Source: Vibrio vulnificus CMCP6 (lineage in GTDB: Bacteria > Pseudomonadota > Gammaproteobacteria > Enterobacterales > Vibrionaceae). From it: a stretch of 32,000 nucleotides of DNA. The stretch covers positions 1,380,001 to 1,412,000 of the forward strand of contig NC_004459.3 of assembly GCF_000039765.1 (NCBI RefSeq), in the 5' to 3' direction. Both the position numbers and the translations under genes were made by a program. Of this stretch, positions 28,060 through 32,000 are shown piece after piece. A model generated the notes under the pieces. That model was not told where the DNA came from and did no database searches. It worked only from the letters and a program-made list of their open reading frames with translations. The stretch's first letter is position 1. Every line of letters starts with the position of its first letter.

Positions 28060-30882
28060 CTATTTCAACATAGGCTTAAGGAAGCGTGCGGTATGCGAAC
28101 CTTCGATCTGCGCCACATCTTCAGGTGTTCCTTGGGCAATGATTTCCCCTCCACCTTGGCCACCTTCTGGACCTAAGTCGATGATCCAGTCGGCCGTTTT
28201 GATCACATCTAAATTATGCTCAATCACGACAACGGTGTTGCCATGATCACGTAAGCGATGCAAGACGGTCAACAGTTGCTGGATATCGTGGAAGTGTAGG
28301 CCCGTTGTTGGTTCATCCAAAATATAAAGGGTTTTGCCCGTATCGCGTTTGGACAACTCACGAGCCAGTTTTACCCGTTGTGCTTCACCGCCAGAGAGGG
28401 TGGTGGCCGCTTGACCTAAACGGATATAAGAAAGACCAACATCCATTAAGGTTTGCAGTTTACGCGCGATGACAGGGACAGGAGCGAAAAACTCATGAGC
28501 GTCTTCAACGGTCATCTCTAGCACTTCATCGATGCTCTTCCCTTTGTAGTGTACTTCTAACGTTTCACGGTTGTAGCGCTTGCCTTTACACACATCACAA
28601 GGGACGTAAACATCAGGTAAAAAGTGCATTTCAACCTTGATAACACCATCACCTTGGCAAGCCTCACAGCGGCCACCACGAACGTTAAAGCTGAAACGCC
28701 CTGGCTTGTAGCCACGAGAACGAGACTCTTGGGTGCCGGAGAACAGCTCTCGAATCGGAGTGAAAATCCCCGTATAGGTCGCTGGATTCGAACGCGGTGT
28801 GCGGCCGATGGGGCTCTGGTCGATATCGATGACCTTATCAAAATGCTCTAAGCCTTTAATAGACTTATAAGGCGCTGGTTGAGCTGTGGTCGCCCCATTG
28901 AGTTGGGTATGAGCAATTTTGAAGAAGGTGTCGTTAATCAGTGTTGATTTACCCGAACCAGAAACCCCAGTGATACAACTGAATAGCCCGACAGGCACCG
29001 AAAGATTGACCTCTTTAAGGTTGTTGCCACTGGCTCCAATGAGCTCAACCGTTTTGTTCTTATCTCTTGGTGTGCGTTGAGTCGGCACAATAATCTGCTT
29101 GGCTCCGCTCAAGTATTGTCCGGTCAAGGAATCTGGATTGGCGAGAATCTCGGCCATTGTTCCTTCGGCAACCACTTGGCCACCATGTACGCCTGCACCA
29201 GGACCAATGTCAATCACATGGTCGGCACAACGAATCGCATCTTCATCATGCTCTACGACTAATACGGTATTGCCGAGATCGCGTAAGTGCGTCAGTGTTT
29301 TGAGTAAGCGCTCATTGTCACGCTGGTGAAGGCCTATTGACGGTTCATCGAGCACGTACATCACGCCAACCAAACCGGCACCGATCTGGCTAGCCAGACG
29401 AATACGCTGTGCTTCGCCACCAGACAAGGTTTCAGCGCTGCGAGACAGGTTCAAATAATTGAGGCCAACGTTGACTAAAAACTGCAGTCGATCGTTGATC
29501 TCTTTCATGACCTTCTCCGCAATTTGAGCTCGCTGCCCTTCGAGTTTTAAGGTGGCGAAAAAGGTCAATGCATCCGCGATACTCAACTCGACGATTTGTG
29601 GCAATGTCGTGTCATTAATAAACACGTTGCGTGCTTCTAGGCGCAGACGAGTTCCACCACAACTGGTGCAAGGTTTGGTGGAGATATATTTTACCAACTC
29701 CTCTCGTACCGAGTTAGATTCGGTGTCGCGATAACGGCGCTCGAGTGTATTGAGAATACCTTCAAATGGATGGCGTTTAAGACGAATGTCGCCTCGATCG
29801 TTGATGTACTTAAATTCGATTTCAGTGCGCCCTGAGCCTTTTAAGATGACCTCTTGGATGCGTTTTGAAAGCGAATTAAAAGGGGCATGTAAATCGAAAT
29901 CGTAATGCTCAGCCAGCGAGGTGAGCATTTGGAAATAGTAATAGTTCTTCTGATCCCAACCACGAATCGCCCCTTGTGCAAGACTTAAATTGGCATCTTG
30001 AATCACACGTTCTGGGTCAAAATATTGCTGTACCCCGAGGCCATCACAGGTGCCACAAGCCCCTGCTGGGTTATTGAACGAGAACAAACGTGGCTCAAGC
30101 TCTTGCATACTATAACCACAGTGGGGACACGCAAAATTGGCGGAAAAAACGATCTCTTCACCGTCACCCTCCATAGGGGCAATCACAGCGATGCCACCTG
30201 AGAGTTCCAGTGCCGTTTCAAAGGATTCTGCGAGCCTTTGTTGTAAATCGCCACGCACTTTAACGCGGTCAACCACCACTTCAATGGTGTGCTTTTTGTG
30301 TAACTCTAGCGTTGGTGGATCGGTGAGGTCACAGGTCTCTCCGTCAATACGCGCACGGATAAAACCTTGAGCAGCAAGATTCTCTAATGTTTTAACGTGC
30401 TCGCCTTTGCGCTCTTTCACGATGGGGGCGAGCAACATCATTTTGGCACCTTCAGGCAGCTCCAGCACTTTGTCGACCATTTGGCTAATGGTTTGAGCGG
30501 CTAAAGGGACTTGATGTTCAGGACAGCGAGGCTCACCAACGCGGGCATACAGTAGGCGAAGGTAGTCATACACTTCTGTGATGGTTCCTACGGTTGAGCG
30601 CGGGTTGTGTGAGGTGGATTTTTGCTCGATAGAAATGGCTGGCGAGAGGCCTTCAATGTGGTCAACATCGGGCTTTTCCATCAATGAAAGAAATTGACGA
30701 GCATAAGCAGAGAGGGATTCAACATAACGTCGCTGACCCTCTGCGTACAAAGTGTCAAATGCCAAAGAAGACTTACCTGAGCCGGATAAGCCCGTAATAA
30801 CGATCAGTTTATCTCGGGGAATGGTGAGATTTATGTTTTTGAGATTATGGGTACGTGCTCCGCGAACTTCTATCTTGTCCAT
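28060..30882 (-). CDS. uvrA: Excinuclease ABC subunit A
   Basis: [92 protein letters not shown] and a second ATPase [16 protein letters not shown]. Start set at ATG 30882, since the 30918 start adds a non-conserved extension. Confidence 0.99.
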   Translation of the reverse strand: MDKIEVRGARTHNLKNINLTIPRDKLIVITGLSGSGKSSLAFDTLYAEGQRRYVESLSAYARQFLSLMEKPDVDHIEGLSPAISIEQKSTSHNPRSTVGTITEVYDYLRLLYARVGEPRCPEHQVPLAAQTISQMVDKVLELPEGAKMMLLAPIVKERKGEHVKTLENLAAQGFIRARIDGETCDLTDPPTLELHKKHTIEVVVDRVKVRGDLQQRLAESFETALELSGGIAVIAPMEGDGEEIVFSANFACPHCGYSMQELEPRLFSFNNPAGACGTCDGLGVQQYFDPERVIQDANLSLAQGAIRGWDQKNYYYFQMLTSLAEHYDFDLHAPFNSLSKRIQEVILKGSGRTEIEFKYINDRGDIRLKRHPFEGILNTLERRYRDTESNSVREELVKYISTKPCTSCGGTRLRLEARNVFINDTTLPQIVELSIADALTFFATLKLEGQRAQIAEKVMKEINDRLQFLVNVGLNYLNLSRSAETLSGGEAQRIRLASQIGAGLVGVMYVLDEPSIGLHQRDNERLLKTLTHLRDLGNTVLVVEHDEDAIRCADHVIDIGPGAGVHGGQVVAEGTMAEILANPDSLTGQYLSGAKQIIVPTQRTPRDKNKTVELIGASGNNLKEVNLSVPVGLFSCITGVSGSGKSTLINDTFFKIAHTQLNGATTAQPAPYKSIKGLEHFDKVIDIDQSPIGRTPRSNPATYTGIFTPIRELFSGTQESRSRGYKPGRFSFNVRGGRCEACQGDGVIKVEMHFLPDVYVPCDVCKGKRYNRETLEVHYKGKSIDEVLEMTVEDAHEFFAPVPVIARKLQTLMDVGLSYIRLGQAATTLSGGEAQRVKLARELSKRDTGKTLYILDEPTTGLHFHDIQQLLTVLHRLRDHGNTVVVIEHNLDVIKTADWIIDLGPEGGQGGGEIIAQGTPEDVAQIEGSHTARFLKPMLK

Positions 30883-30950
30883 CTTTGATGCTCTGTGTAA
30901 TACCAACAAGTTGAGCAAGTATTACATAGTGTGAGAAATGTGCAATAAAA

Positions 30951-30970
30951 TACTGGATAAAAAAACAGTT
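30951..30970 (-). promoter_or_regulatory. LexA (SOS) box upstream of uvrA
   Basis: Minus strand AACTGTTTTTTTATCCAGTA, which has CTG-N10-CAG and flanks matching the TACTGTATATATATACAGTA consensus. Confidence 0.85.
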
Positions 30971-30972
30971 AA

Positions 30973-31003
30973 AAATAAGGCGCTTTATTTAAAGCGCCTT
31001 ACG
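30973..31003 (-). terminator. Rho-independent terminator after galU
   Basis: aaataaggcgctttatttaaagcgccttacg; the minus strand gives aaggcgctttaaataaagcgccttattttt. Confidence 0.83.
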
Positions 31004-31024
31004 TCTCGGTTTAGAGGAAGTTGA

Positions 31025-31897
31025 TTACTTCTCTTTTTGCGTACTGAATTTACCCAATTCAGACGTCTTCTCATCTTTCAGATAAAGGTTTTGGTAGCAA
31101 TAGTTGGTTGCTTCGATATAGCCTTCAACGCTGCCGCAATCAAAACGACGACCTTTAAACTTATATGCCAATACACAACCTGCTTTTGCTTGTTTGAGTA
31201 GTGCGTCGGTGATTTGAATTTCCCCGCCTTTACCTGGTTCAGTTTGCTCAATCAGATCAAAAATATCTGGGGTAAGAATGTAACGACCAATAATTGCAAG
31301 ATTACTTGGCGCGGTACCAGGTTCTGGCTTCTCCACCATGTTGTCTACGCGGAAGAGATCGTCTTTGATCATTTCGCCAGAGATCACGCCGTATTTATGA
31401 GTTTCATTTTCAGGTACTTCCTGAACAGCAACGATCGAACAGCGGAACTGCTTAAACAGCGCGACCATTTGTGCCAAGACACCTTGTTCTTCATTGACAC
31501 AAAGGTCATCAGCCAGTACGACGGCAAAAGGTTGATCCCCAACGAGTTCACGGCCCGTTAAGATGGCGTGCCCTAAGCCCTTCATTTCACGCTGGCGAAT
31601 GTAGGTAAAGTTCGCGGAGTCGATCAAAGCACGTACATCTTCCAATAGGGCTTCTTTGTTGGTACCACTAATCTGATGTTCTAATTCGTAGTTTTTATCG
31701 AAGTGATCCATGATTGAATGCTTACCACGACCAGTAACAATGCACATTCCGTCCATACCCGCTTGGATGGCTTCCTCCACACCGTATTCGATCAGAGGTT
31801 TGTTCACCACTGGCATCATTTCTTTTGGCATCGATTTGGTCGCAGGTAAGAAGCGAGTGCCGTAGCCAGCGGCAGGGAAAAGGCATTTTTTAATCAT
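31025..31897 (-). CDS. galU: UTP--glucose-1-phosphate uridylyltransferase
   Basis: 290 aa. KCLFPAAGYGTRFLPATKSMPKEMMPVVNKPLIEYGVEEA, VVLADDL, RFDCGSVEGYIEAT. Confidence 0.98.
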   Translation of the reverse strand: MIKKCLFPAAGYGTRFLPATKSMPKEMMPVVNKPLIEYGVEEAIQAGMDGMCIVTGRGKHSIMDHFDKNYELEHQISGTNKEALLEDVRALIDSANFTYIRQREMKGLGHAILTGRELVGDQPFAVVLADDLCVNEEQGVLAQMVALFKQFRCSIVAVQEVPENETHKYGVISGEMIKDDLFRVDNMVEKPEPGTAPSNLAIIGRYILTPDIFDLIEQTEPGKGGEIQITDALLKQAKAGCVLAYKFKGRRFDCGSVEGYIEATNYCYQNLYLKDEKTSELGKFSTQKEK

Positions 31898-32000
31898 TGA
31901 ATAGTGTCCTTATCAAATCGAACTCCTCACCGAAACAATACGCACGTAAAAATTAAAGCCGAGCGCGCAGCATTTCCTTTGTGGTGTGTTGTTCCATAAA

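Noticed and set aside
28557-30934. Plus-strand ORFs opposite uvrA (28624-28851, 29099-29329, 30137-30370 and others)
   Set aside because: Antisense shadow ORFs of a highly conserved coding frame; no recognisable protein features.

Overview
This window looks like ordinary core chromosome from a Vibrio-type gammaproteobacterium. The genus is inferred from the rRNA sequence and gene content, without a database search. Left to right: 3' part of pgi, cheX-like phosphatase gene (-), zur (-), dusA, pspG, a TIGR04219-like outer-membrane beta-barrel gene, a small conserved-looking ORF, the cysJIH sulfite-reduction operon, a complete rRNA operon (16S, tRNA-Glu, 23S, 5S, tRNA-Asp, tRNA-Trp), a two-gene FIST-domain/PAS-GGDEF operon, a CPA1 Na+/H+ antiporter (-), metH, lysC (-) with a lysine riboswitch, a PLP aminotransferase of the alanine/serine-glyoxylate type, a PglL-like O-oligosaccharyltransferase (-), uvrA (-) and galU (-). 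I found no CRISPR array, prophage, transposase, toxin-antitoxin pair or obvious new defence/mobile system. The best leads are the FIST + diguanylate cyclase operon (possible NosP-like nitric-oxide/heme to c-di-GMP signalling) and several regulatory sites readable in the sequence: a sigma-54 promoter before pspG, a MetJ box before metH, a LexA box before uvrA, a lysine riboswitch before lysC, and paired rRNA processing stems.
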